From: a virus
Taxonomy: Duplodnaviria > Heunggongvirae > Uroviricota > Caudoviricetes
IMG/VR virus record: IMGVR_UViG_2778261572_000001
Location: 1 to 7,827 of that record
Reading direction: 5' to 3' (one strand)
Length of the DNA stretch: 7,827 bases
Below are positions 1 to 5,806 of this stretch, piece after piece; the stretch's first letter is position 1; the number at the start of each line of letters is the position of its first letter. Below the pieces are notes generated by a model that saw only the letters and a program-made list of their open reading frames with translations, ran no database searches and had not been told where the DNA came from. Position numbers and translations under genes: made by a program.

Positions 1-168
1 GGCGTTCCCCCAAAGCAGGTAATTCCGTTATGCCAGCTAATGAAGTGGGAAGTTACCCCGCATGAAATCCGCCCAGATATTTATCCTAACCCGACCGATG
101 GTTTACCTGTTGGATGTAAGGCTAACACACAAAATGCACAGGAGTTGATTCATGAAAATCAGGCATGA
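1..168 (+). CDS. Cro/YdaS-like HTH regulator, C-terminal fragment (5' end lies outside the window)
   Basis: Frame 1 is open from the window edge to TGA at 166-168 and translates ...LMKWEVTPHEIRPDIYPNPTDGLPVGCKANTQNAQELIHENQA. It sits immediately upstream of the CII-like gene and overlaps it by 17 nt, which is the position cro/ydaS occupies in Rac-type prophages. The family assignment is from memory and from synteny only. Confidence 0.4.
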   Translation, partial: GVPPKQVIPLCQLMKWEVTPHEIRPDIYPNPTDGLPVGCKANTQNAQELIHENQA

Positions 169-574
169 GCACATCGAATCAGTGCTGTTAGCCCTGGCCG
201 CTGAAAAAGGGCAGGCGTGGGTCGCTAACGCAATTACTGAAGAATATCTGCGCCAGGGGGGCGGCGAATTGCCCCTGGTACCAGGCAAGGACTGGAACAA
301 TCAGCAGAATATCTATCATCGTTGGTTGAAAGGTGAAACGAATGCGCAAAGGGAAAAAATTCAGAAACTGATCCCAGCAATTCTGGCAATCCTTCCGCGC
401 GAGCTGCGTCACCGACTCTGCATCTTCGATACCCTGGAACGCCGTGCATTACTGGCGGCGCAGGAAGCGTTGAGTACGGCAATTGATGCGCATGATGATG
501 CAGTCCAGGCCGTTTACCGGAAAGCACATTTCAGCGGTGGTGGAGCGTCCGACGATTCTGTTGTAGTGCATTGA
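152..574 (+). CDS. ydaT: YdaT-like (CII-like) prophage regulator, 140 aa
   Basis: ATG at 152 is preceded by GGAG at 141-144 with a 7-nt spacer; stop TGA at 572-574. The 140-aa length and the position between a cro-like gene and the replication genes match Rac prophage YdaT as I recall it. The translation starts MKIRHEHIESVLLALAAEKGQAWVANAITEEYLRQGGGELPLVPGKDW. Confidence 0.62.
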   Translation: MKIRHEHIESVLLALAAEKGQAWVANAITEEYLRQGGGELPLVPGKDWNNQQNIYHRWLKGETNAQREKIQKLIPAILAILPRELRHRLCIFDTLERRALLAAQEALSTAIDAHDDAVQAVYRKAHFSGGGASDDSVVVH

Positions 575-593
575 TTGAATAGGGTATCCAATA

Positions 594-1007
594 ATGAAAA
601 TCAAACCGTACATAAATGCCGGAAATCTTACTCCCGGCGAACTACGAGACTGGATCCTGAAACTTGCAAAAAATGCAGAAATTGCGGGTTGGGGTACAGA
701 AACTTCGGTTCGGAAGCTTCAGAGCGCAGAACTTAGCCTGCGCTCAGTTATGGACGATTTATCCCCAAGAATTAATTTTCTGGGGTCAGAGCAAATAATT
801 CGTTCGGAAGGTCACTCCAGCGAAGTTGCGGAAGTTCTGAATACTCTGAGGATAACGTTTGCTGCCGTTCGCGATATTCAACGAACCATTCTCTCATTGA
901 TTTCTCAGCTTCAAGAAATTGATAGTCGCATTCCTGGCGGGGGTCATAGAGAGCGTCTTCCAGAATGTGAAGAGCAAGGACAGGGGAAACAGATAAGGGA
1001 TCAGTAA
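594..1007 (+). CDS. hypothetical protein, 137 aa (conflicts with the minus-strand ORF 772-1227)
   Basis: ATG at 594 lies 19 nt after the ydaT-like stop, with only a weak RBS (AGGG at 581-584). First codon positions are G-rich, which is a coding-like signature, and the translation contains amphipathic helix-like stretches (VAEVLNTLRITFAAVRDIQRTILSLISQLQEIDSRI). It uses many rare codons (ATA, AGA, AGG, CGA, CTA). I recognise no family. Confidence 0.35.
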   Translation: MKIKPYINAGNLTPGELRDWILKLAKNAEIAGWGTETSVRKLQSAELSLRSVMDDLSPRINFLGSEQIIRSEGHSSEVAEVLNTLRITFAAVRDIQRTILSLISQLQEIDSRIPGGGHRERLPECEEQGQGKQIRDQ

Positions 1008-1227
1008 TACGTTTTTCACTTGCCTGGTATAGCAATCTCGCCAGCGAATCATAGCTACTGGGGCTCAGGAGAGAATCCCGTGAGTGATTTGTAAGAATCA
1101 GGTGGAAGCGGGTGAGAACTATAGCCCTGCATGTTACCAGGTTAACCATGTCGTGGTCGTGCTGGTTAATTTTGTACACAGTGCGCATGTGATTTTTAAT
1201 TTTTTGGCAAACAGCCATTAAAGACAT
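772..1227 (-). CDS. hypothetical protein, 151 aa, divergent from the replication module
   Basis: On the minus strand a canonical AGGAGG (complement of 1234-1239) sits 6 nt before the ATG (complement of 1225-1227). The ORF overlaps the 3' 236 nt of the plus-strand ORF 594-1007, so at most one of the two is likely real. First codon positions are not G-enriched, which counts against it. No recognisable motif. Confidence 0.38.
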   Translation of the reverse strand: MSLMAVCQKIKNHMRTVYKINQHDHDMVNLVTCRAIVLTRFHLILTNHSRDSLLSPSSYDSLARLLYQASEKRITDPLSVSPVLALHILEDALYDPRQECDYQFLEAEKSMREWFVEYRERQQTLSSEYSELPQLRWSDLPNELFALTPEN

Positions 1228-1290
1228 GTCGAACCTCCTTTGGTTCTGTTGATTGGGGAATCACAGATTATATCCGGAGGAAGGTTCGAC
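1228..1290. promoter_or_regulatory. divergent intergenic region with an imperfect inverted repeat GTCGAACCTCC (1228-1238) / GGAGGAAGGTTCGAC (1276-1290)
   Basis: Both arms were read directly from the sequence. Each arm carries a Shine-Dalgarno-like GGAGG followed by TTCGAC, facing outward toward the minus-strand ORF and the replication gene. A role as operator or divergent promoter region is inferred; promoter hexamers were not confidently placed. Confidence 0.3.
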
Positions 1291-1306
1291 ACCAGATGAG
1301 GCAATT

Positions 1307-2431
1307 ATGGTTAAGGCTAAAAACATGCCAAATCCCATGCCAAAAACTAAGGCAAACAACGAGCCTTATCGCAAGGTAAAAATAACGATATGGGATGATC
1401 CCAAATTTAGGGCGTTATCTCCTCTGCCTCCAAGTGGACAGAGTTTGTTTATTTATCTGCTGACCAGTCCATTTACCGGGATTATTCCTGGGTTGTTTAA
1501 AGCCGGGCGGGCAGCAATGGCTGAAGAGTTGGGGTGGGATATCGAAGCCTTTGACTTAGCCTTAGGCGAAGCCATGAATCTTGGCATGGTGAAAGCAGAT
1601 ATCAAAGCCAGAGTTTTTTGGCTCCCGAATGCTGCGAAACACAATCCGCCAAACTCGATAAATGTCATTAAATCCTGGGCAAAGGCATTCGCTTTAATTC
1701 CTGATTGCCCTCTCAAATGGGAGGCCAGGGAATCGCTGAGAGCCGCGTCCTACGGGGTTTCTGAGGCTTTGGGGATGGCATTCGATAAGGCAATCCCTTT
1801 GCCTGAGGATAAGCCTAAGGATAAGGCTAACGCTTTGTCATGCGGTATCCAGATAACAGATAACAGATATATAAACCCCACACATAACGCGCGCGTGCGC
1901 GAGAGTGTTCCGGCCAGTGAGGCAAATGGCGTGCCGTTGCAGACAGCGGAACCTGATTACCTGGAAGGCCTGAGCGAACCCATCGGGAAATTTCCGATGA
2001 CCGATGGCTGGCATCCGTCGCCGGATTTTCGACGACGGGCTGCGCTGTGGGGCGTGGCTCTTCCTGAGCCGGAATTTACACCAGCTGAACTTGCCGCCTT
2101 CCGGGACTACTGGACAGCGGAGGGGAAAGTTTTCACGCAGGTTCAGTGGGAGCAGAAATTCGCCCGTCACGTACATCACGTCAGGGCGCAGGTTAAACCA
2201 GTCAGCAAGGGGGGGAACCATGCAGCAACGCCAGGTGGCACCGCATCACGGGCAGTTCAGGAAATTCGGGCAGCACGTGAGCAGTGGGAACGTGAAAACG
2301 GATTTATCCTCGACGGAAACGGCGTGGAAGCTGTGGGAACTCATGGGGGAGGTTTATTCGAACCGCTGGACCCAGAAGAACGGGGCCGCACCTTCGAAGC
2401 TCTGGATTGCACAGATTGGCGCGATGACTGA
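1307..2431 (+). CDS. phage replication initiation protein (O-like position), 374 aa from ATG 1307, with a C-terminal region resembling the DnaT-type domain
   Basis: The frame is open from 1253 to TGA at 2429-2431. ATG 1307 is preferred (GAGG at 1298-1301, 5-nt spacer); TTG 1253 and ATG 1326 are alternatives. The C-terminal region ([39 protein letters not shown]) resembles the DnaT-like ssDNA-binding domain found in phage replication proteins, as far as I can recall it. The gene sits directly upstream of a P-like gene. Confidence 0.6.
   Translation: MVKAKNMPNPMPKTKANNEPYRKVKITIWDDPKFRALSPLPPSGQSLFIYLLTSPFTGIIPGLFKAGRAAMAEELGWDIEAFDLALGEAMNLGMVKADIKARVFWLPNAAKHNPPNSINVIKSWAKAFALIPDCPLKWEARESLRAASYGVSEALGMAFDKAIPLPEDKPKDKANALSCGIQITDNRYINPTHNARVRESVPASEANGVPLQTAEPDYLEGLSEPIGKFPMTDGWHPSPDFRRRAALWGVALPEPEFTPAELAAFRDYWTAEGKVFTQVQWEQKFARHVHHVRAQVKPVSKGGNHAATPGGTASRAVQEIRAAREQWERENGFILDGNGVEAVGTHGGGLFEPLDPEERGRTFEALDCTDWRDD
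1784..1901. repeat. iteron-like repeat cluster inside the replication initiator gene (candidate origin)
   Basis: GATAAG occurs at 1784-1789, 1808-1813 and 1820-1825, the last two within a 12-bp tandem GAGGATAAGCCT/AAGGATAAGGCT at 1805-1828. A tandem CAGATAA CAGATAA CAGATAT follows at 1850-1870, then an AT-rich ATATATAAAC and a GC-rich palindrome CGCGC-GT-GCGCG at 1890-1901. The layout is analogous to ori-lambda, which lies inside the O gene. Confidence 0.4.
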
Positions 2432-2885
2432 GCAGCAAATCCGTCAGGTCTGCCGCCAGTGCATGGACCGCTGCCGGGCGGGTGAAACATGGCCTCCGGA
2501 CCTGGCTGAGTTTGTTGCGCTGATTTCGGAGAGTGGGGCAAATCCATTTGGTCTGACGGTGGATAACGTGATGGAGGAGTACCGCCGCTGGCGCAACGAG
2601 TCCTGGCGATACGACGGGAGCGATAAATACCCGTGGTCTCAGCCCGTGCTGTATCACATTTGCCTCGAGATGCGGGCAAAAGGGATTGAGCGTCAGATGA
2701 CCGAAGGGGAGTTAAAACGACTTGCAGAACGGCAACTAGCGAAATGGGCAAAGCATGTTGGTGACGGCTTCAGCGTTCCGCCCGTCCGGCGGCAACTGGT
2801 AGCACCAAAACGCCCGTCGGGGCCAACTCCAATTGAGTTGCTGAAACAGGAATATGAACGCCGGAAAGCGGCTGGGTTTGTTTGA
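2220..2885 (+). CDS. replication protein P-like helicase loader, 221 aa from ATG 2220
   Basis: The translation aligns by eye with lambda P: [33 protein letters not shown] against TTMEQVNAGMRVARRQNRPFLPSPGQFVAW, and [17 protein letters not shown] against YPWKSNAHYWLVTNLYQ. ATG 2220 follows a G-rich tract. Alternative starts are ATG 2343 and ATG 2424, the latter overlapping the upstream stop as ATGACTGA. Stop TGA at 2883-2885. Confidence 0.65.
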   Translation: MQQRQVAPHHGQFRKFGQHVSSGNVKTDLSSTETAWKLWELMGEVYSNRWTQKNGAAPSKLWIAQIGAMTEQQIRQVCRQCMDRCRAGETWPPDLAEFVALISESGANPFGLTVDNVMEEYRRWRNESWRYDGSDKYPWSQPVLYHICLEMRAKGIERQMTEGELKRLAERQLAKWAKHVGDGFSVPPVRRQLVAPKRPSGPTPIELLKQEYERRKAAGFV

Positions 2886-2919
2886 GTTGAGAAGTAATTT
2901 TTACCGGGAGGAAATTTTA

Positions 2920-3663
2920 ATGGAGACCGTTTTTGACACACTGAAAGCGATGGGAAAAGCCACGTCGGTAGAACTGGCTGCGCGACTTGATATCAGTCGT
3001 GAAGAAGTGCTGTGCGAGCTGTGGGAACTGAAAAAAGCTGGTTTCGTGGATAAAAACGCCTACACCTGGCGTGTGGCTGATAACAACGTTCAGCAGGAAC
3101 AGCCAGTGCAGGCTGAACTGCCGGAAGAAACCACCACGGCAACAGTCGCTAAAATTTCGGAGAGCGATTTAACTGCGACGATTGAACAACGTGGACCACA
3201 AACGGCGGATGAACTGGCTACGCTGTTCGGTACCACATCCCGCAAAGTGGCGTCAACGCTGGCAATGGCAATCAGCAAAGGTCGTCTGATTCGTGTAAAC
3301 CAGAACGGTAAATTTCGTTACTGCATACCGGGTGATAATTTACCAGCAGAGCCGAAAGCAGCATCGGTAGCGGAAACTGATGGTAAAGCCTTTCCTCAGC
3401 CAGCAGGTGTTGCGTTACCAGTACAGGAAGTTGCAACACAGGAAGATATTAAAACAGAAACTGTGGCGGACATTGTGCAGCCGCTTGAGAAGCGAGTGGA
3501 TAATCTGGTTCTGCCATCGCTGCGACAGGCAAACCGCGAACTGCGTCGGGCGAAAAATCATGTCCAGAAGTGGGAGCGAGTCTGCGCCGCGCTGCGGGAG
3601 CTGAATAAATATCGCGATATTGTCGCCCAGCTTTGCCAGGAGGCAACCAGTGAGCAAGATTGA
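2920..3663 (+). CDS. tandem winged-helix DNA-binding protein, 247 aa
   Basis: GGGAGG at 2906-2911 with an 8-nt spacer precedes ATG 2920. Two winged-helix-like modules are visible ([41 protein letters not shown] and [33 protein letters not shown]). The upstream ATG at 2854 has no RBS and was rejected. Confidence 0.62.
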   Translation: METVFDTLKAMGKATSVELAARLDISREEVLCELWELKKAGFVDKNAYTWRVADNNVQQEQPVQAELPEETTTATVAKISESDLTATIEQRGPQTADELATLFGTTSRKVASTLAMAISKGRLIRVNQNGKFRYCIPGDNLPAEPKAASVAETDGKAFPQPAGVALPVQEVATQEDIKTETVADIVQPLEKRVDNLVLPSLRQANRELRRAKNHVQKWERVCAALRELNKYRDIVAQLCQEATSEQD

Positions 3664-4198
3664 CTATCAGGCACTGCGTGAGGCAGCAGAAGCAATAAAA
3701 ATAGCAGCCACACCACAAAAATTGCTGGCATTTCGTATGAAAGCCACACCTCAGGTTGTGTTGGAACTGCTGGATGAACTGGAAATTAAAAGCAAACGAA
3801 TTAACGAGTTAATCAAGGGTGGTGAAAACGCCAAATACGTGACTGAAATTTTCCGACTTGAGAAAGAACGCATGACGCTGGTGGCGGAGAATGCGGTAAT
3901 GCTCGAAACTATTGAAGCCGTTCGCAGTGTTGCGGATAACTCCAGTGGAATTGCCGGATGGCATTTGAATGGCGATATCGCCACATGGGAAGAGATTCTT
4001 CCTGAAATTAACGATATCGAAACCCCAGCCACCGATGCTTTCCTGGCTGATGTACGGGCGGTGGCGTTTAACGAGCTTCGCGCGGCGTTTGTCAGGCACG
4101 CAAAAGTTGCAGGACTGGATGATGCCGATACCGTAACGCTTAAGGAAGTGACAGAAGCATTATTGCATTGTGCGGAACAGATTCGCGCGCCTGAATAA
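3650..4198 (+). CDS. ead/Ea22-like family prophage protein, 182 aa (GTG start)
   Basis: AGGAGG at 3638-3643 with a 6-nt spacer precedes GTG 3650, and the gene overlaps the upstream stop by 14 nt. The N-terminus ([22 protein letters not shown]) resembles the QALREAAE signature I associate with Ea22-like prophage proteins. The ATG at 3620 given in the ORF track lacks an RBS. Confidence 0.5.
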   Translation: MSKIDYQALREAAEAIKIAATPQKLLAFRMKATPQVVLELLDELEIKSKRINELIKGGENAKYVTEIFRLEKERMTLVAENAVMLETIEAVRSVADNSSGIAGWHLNGDIATWEEILPEINDIETPATDAFLADVRAVAFNELRAAFVRHAKVAGLDDADTVTLKEVTEALLHCAEQIRAPE

Positions 4199-4322
4199 TT
4201 AAATTTAGTGTTGTAAATAAAATTTAATCCTTAACCGGAGGGATTCCTGCACCCTCAAATCATCAGGAGGCCGCCCGAAAGGGCGGTAATAAAAATGGCT
4301 GAACTAATCGGAGAACAAAACG

Positions 4323-4517
4323 ATGAAAAACCGTAAAGCAAAAATTCTTTTGACCTGTAGAAACGCTCGCGGCGTCCAGCAATGGTTAAAACTCAGTAAC
4401 CGCAGAATGGGATTGTTCACAAATACGGCTGATATTGTGATGTGTTCACTTAACAAGCCCAGCGCCGCACAAAACCGCTGGAGAAACCACGGTTCTCAGC
4501 GAACTGAAGGGGAGTGA
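4323..4517 (+). CDS. small basic protein, 64 aa (uncertain)
   Basis: GGAG at 4310-4313 with a 9-nt spacer precedes ATG 4323. The translation is rich in K and R (MKNRKAKILLTCRNARGVQQWLKLSNRRMG...). It could instead be 5' UTR for the downstream genes. Confidence 0.3.
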   Translation: MKNRKAKILLTCRNARGVQQWLKLSNRRMGLFTNTADIVMCSLNKPSAAQNRWRNHGSQRTEGE

Positions 4518-4520
4518 TAT

Positions 4521-4739
4521 ATGCCTGCATTTTTCAGAAAAGAATATCCGCGAAAGATCAGAGCAACAGAATTCCTGTTTCTCATTCTGTTTATCGTGTT
4601 GATGATACCGATATCCCCGTTAATTCTGGTATGGGGAATCGGGAAAATAATTGAGCCAGTTATTGAATTGTATAACGACGTGGTATGGGCGTCGTTCAAC
4701 ACATTGCACAATAAAATTAATCCATATAAGGAAAACTGA
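4521..4739 (+). CDS. small single-pass membrane protein, 72 aa
   Basis: A strong RBS (AAGGGGAG) lies 6 nt before ATG 4521. The translation has a basic N-terminus (RKEYPRKIR) followed by one hydrophobic helix (FLFLILFIVLMIPISPLILVWGIG). The region is AT-rich. Confidence 0.55.
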   Translation: MPAFFRKEYPRKIRATEFLFLILFIVLMIPISPLILVWGIGKIIEPVIELYNDVVWASFNTLHNKINPYKEN

Positions 4740-4740
4740 A

Positions 4741-5235
4741 ATGACTTTTACCGAAAAAGAAATGATTAAAGAAATCAAAGAGCGTATCAGTAGCCTGGAC
4801 GTACGAGACGATATTGAGCGCCGGGCTTATGAAATTACATTGGCATCACTGGAAGCAGAGCCGGTAGCATGGAGTGTAGGCAATGCTATAACTCGTGACC
4901 ATGAGAAAGCACAAAAGATTGCCGGGGATACTGGATTTTCAATTATTCCATTATACACTGTCGCAAAAGATGCTCAGAGTGTGACAAATCATTGGATGCC
5001 TGAAGTTGGCGAATATTGCGAAGTATGTACTGATGACTCTGAAATTGAATGGTTAAAAATCAAGGTGGTTGCTATTCATGGCGATGAGGTAGCCGCCATT
5101 GTTTGTGACCCTGACGATTATTATTATGATCGCTTAAAGCTTTTGGGTTGGGAATACGACAATTCTGTTTTTCGCCCTCTATCCGAAGGCGATGTTGAAA
5201 ATAACCCGATAAGTGCGGAGAACACATTACGATGA
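4741..5235 (+). CDS. hypothetical acidic protein, 164 aa
   Basis: ATG 4741 is coupled to the upstream stop (TGAAATG) and preceded by AAGGA about 8 nt upstream. The ATG at 4651 in the ORF track overlaps the previous gene and has no RBS. The C-terminal half is rich in D, E and Y (CDPDDYYYDRLKLLGWEYDNSVF). I recognise no family with confidence. Confidence 0.58.
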   Translation: MTFTEKEMIKEIKERISSLDVRDDIERRAYEITLASLEAEPVAWSVGNAITRDHEKAQKIAGDTGFSIIPLYTVAKDAQSVTNHWMPEVGEYCEVCTDDSEIEWLKIKVVAIHGDEVAAIVCDPDDYYYDRLKLLGWEYDNSVFRPLSEGDVENNPISAENTLR

Positions 5236-5315
5236 CCTGGCCTGAAGCATTCACAACGGTAGGAATTGCGATGGCGGTGGCGCTGGTGGTGTATTCGATT
5301 TGCCGCTGGGGATAA
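5232..5315 (+). CDS. 27-aa hydrophobic peptide (MTWPEAFTTVGIAMAVALVVYSICRWG)
   Basis: Its ATG overlaps the upstream stop as ATGA at 5232-5235, a classic coupling arrangement. The single hydrophobic stretch is long enough for a transmembrane helix. It is absent from the ORF track because it falls below the size cutoff. Confidence 0.35.
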   Translation: MTWPEAFTTVGIAMAVALVVYSICRWG

Positions 5316-5322
5316 AAACGGT

Positions 5323-5350
5323 TTGCGGGAAAAGGAGAGTTAAGTAGAAT
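5323..5350 (+). promoter_or_regulatory. candidate weak promoter for hok/mok mRNA
   Basis: TTGCGG at 5323-5328, a 16-nt spacer, then TAGAAT at 5345-5350. This places the transcript start near 5357, exactly where the 5' element complementary to the 3' end begins (5355-5368). Confidence 0.3.
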
Positions 5351-5409
5351 TGCAGCGGGTGCTTGAGGCTATCTGTCTCAGGCATGAACACCAAAAGGCA
5401 GATAGAGAA

Positions 5410-5480
5410 AAGCCCCAGTTAACATTACGCGTCCTGCAAGACGCTTAACATTAATCTGAGGCTCAATCCATGCTGAACAC
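5410..5480 (-). ncRNA. sok: Sok-like antisense RNA (position inferred)
   Basis: In hok/sok loci the antisense RNA is transcribed opposite the mok translation-initiation region. A candidate minus-strand promoter is present: TTGCCT (complement of 5508-5513), a 17-nt spacer, then TAACCT (complement of 5485-5490). The coordinates are approximate and the ends are not determined. Confidence 0.3.
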
Positions 5481-5682
5481 ATGTAGGTTAGCCTCTTACG
5501 TGCCGAAAGGCAAGGAGAAGCAGGCTATGAAGCAGCAAAAGGCGATGTTAATCGCCCTGATCGTCATCTGTTTAACCGTCATAGTGACGGCACTGGTAAC
5601 GAGGAAAGACCTCTGCGAGGTACGAATCCGAACCGGCCAGACGGAAGTCGCTGTCTTCACAGCTTACGAACCTGAGGAGTAA
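5470..5682 (+). CDS. mok: Mok-like in-frame upstream reading frame of hok, 70 aa
   Basis: ATG 5470 is in frame with hok, with GAGG at 5457-5460 and a 9-nt spacer. The N-terminus MLNTCR... matches the chromosomal MokC-type extension as I recall it. Confidence 0.5.
   Translation: MLNTCRLASYVPKGKEKQAMKQQKAMLIALIVICLTVIVTALVTRKDLCEVRIRTGQTEVAVFTAYEPEE
5527..5682 (+). CDS. hok: Hok/Gef family type I membrane toxin, 51 aa
   Basis: The translation MKQQKAMLIALIVICLTVIVTALVTRKDLCEVRIRTGQTEVAVFTAYEPEE is an unmistakable Hok/Gef family sequence, by my recollection closest to HokD/RelF. AAGGAG at 5512-5517 with a 9-nt spacer precedes ATG 5527. Confidence 0.85.
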   Translation: MKQQKAMLIALIVICLTVIVTALVTRKDLCEVRIRTGQTEVAVFTAYEPEE

Positions 5683-5689
5683 GAGACCT

Positions 5690-5746
5690 GGCGGGGGAGA
5701 AATCTCCCGCCACCTCTGATGTGTCAGGCATCCTCAATGCACCCGC
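5690..5746 (+). other. hok mRNA 3' structure: stem-loop plus fbi-like element complementary to the mRNA 5' end
   Basis: A stem-loop lies at 5690-5711 (GGCGGGGGAG aaat CTCCCGCC). The segment 5732-5746 (CCTCAATGCACCCGC) can pair over 14 bp, with one bulge, to 5355-5368 (GCGGGTGCTTGAGG). This is the long-range tac/fbi interaction characteristic of hok mRNAs. Confidence 0.5.
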
Positions 5747-5806
5747 ACCTGACGCGTTTTGCTGGGTTAATGTTGAGCCATTTGTCATGTTAATAAGGAG
5801 GAGTGA

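Noticed and set aside
103-527. Three minus-strand ORFs (65, 74 and 97 aa) overlapping the cro-like and YdaT-like genes
   Set aside because: They are antisense to better-supported genes, have no RBS, and give low-complexity translations.
1283-1293. GGTTCGACACC, which resembles a tRNA T-loop (GGTTCGAnnCC) and could have marked a tRNA-derived attachment site
   Set aside because: The flanking bases cannot form a T-stem or an acceptor stem. The motif is explained by the RBS-containing inverted repeat.
2004-2219. N-terminal extension of the P-like ORF in the ORF track ([16 protein letters not shown]...)
   Set aside because: The extension is Arg/Gly/Ser-rich and low-complexity, lies inside the initiator gene in another frame, and has no RBS. 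Similarity to lambda P begins downstream, so the start was placed at 2220 or later.
1838-2221. Minus-strand ORF of 127 aa inside the replication initiator gene
   Set aside because: It is antisense to a gene with a recognisable DnaT-like domain and has no ribosome-binding site, so it is most likely a chance open frame.
2304-2751. Two long minus-strand ORFs (117 and 136 aa) antisense to the O-like and P-like genes
   Set aside because: They lie entirely antisense to well-supported genes in a GC-rich region, have Arg/Pro/Ser-rich translations typical of antisense frames, and have no RBS.
2854-2919. Upstream ATG start for the winged-helix gene given in the ORF track
   Set aside because: It has no RBS and overlaps the 3' end of the P-like gene, whereas ATG 2920 has GGGAGG at ideal spacing.
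3380-3749. Several 60-90 aa ORFs on both strands inside the winged-helix and Ea22-like genes
   Set aside because: They are nested in or antisense to the supported genes, with Cys- or Leu-rich nonsense-like translations and no RBS.
4271-4286. GC-rich hairpin CCGCCC-GAAA-GGGCGG considered as an intrinsic terminator
   Set aside because: It is followed by an A-rich rather than U-rich tract on the plus strand, and has no U-tract on the minus strand either. It is more plausibly a translational or RNA structural element.
4496-4711. Minus-strand 71-aa ORF antisense to the 72-aa membrane protein gene
   Set aside because: The plus-strand gene has a strong RBS and a clear transmembrane helix; the antisense frame has neither an RBS nor protein-like features.
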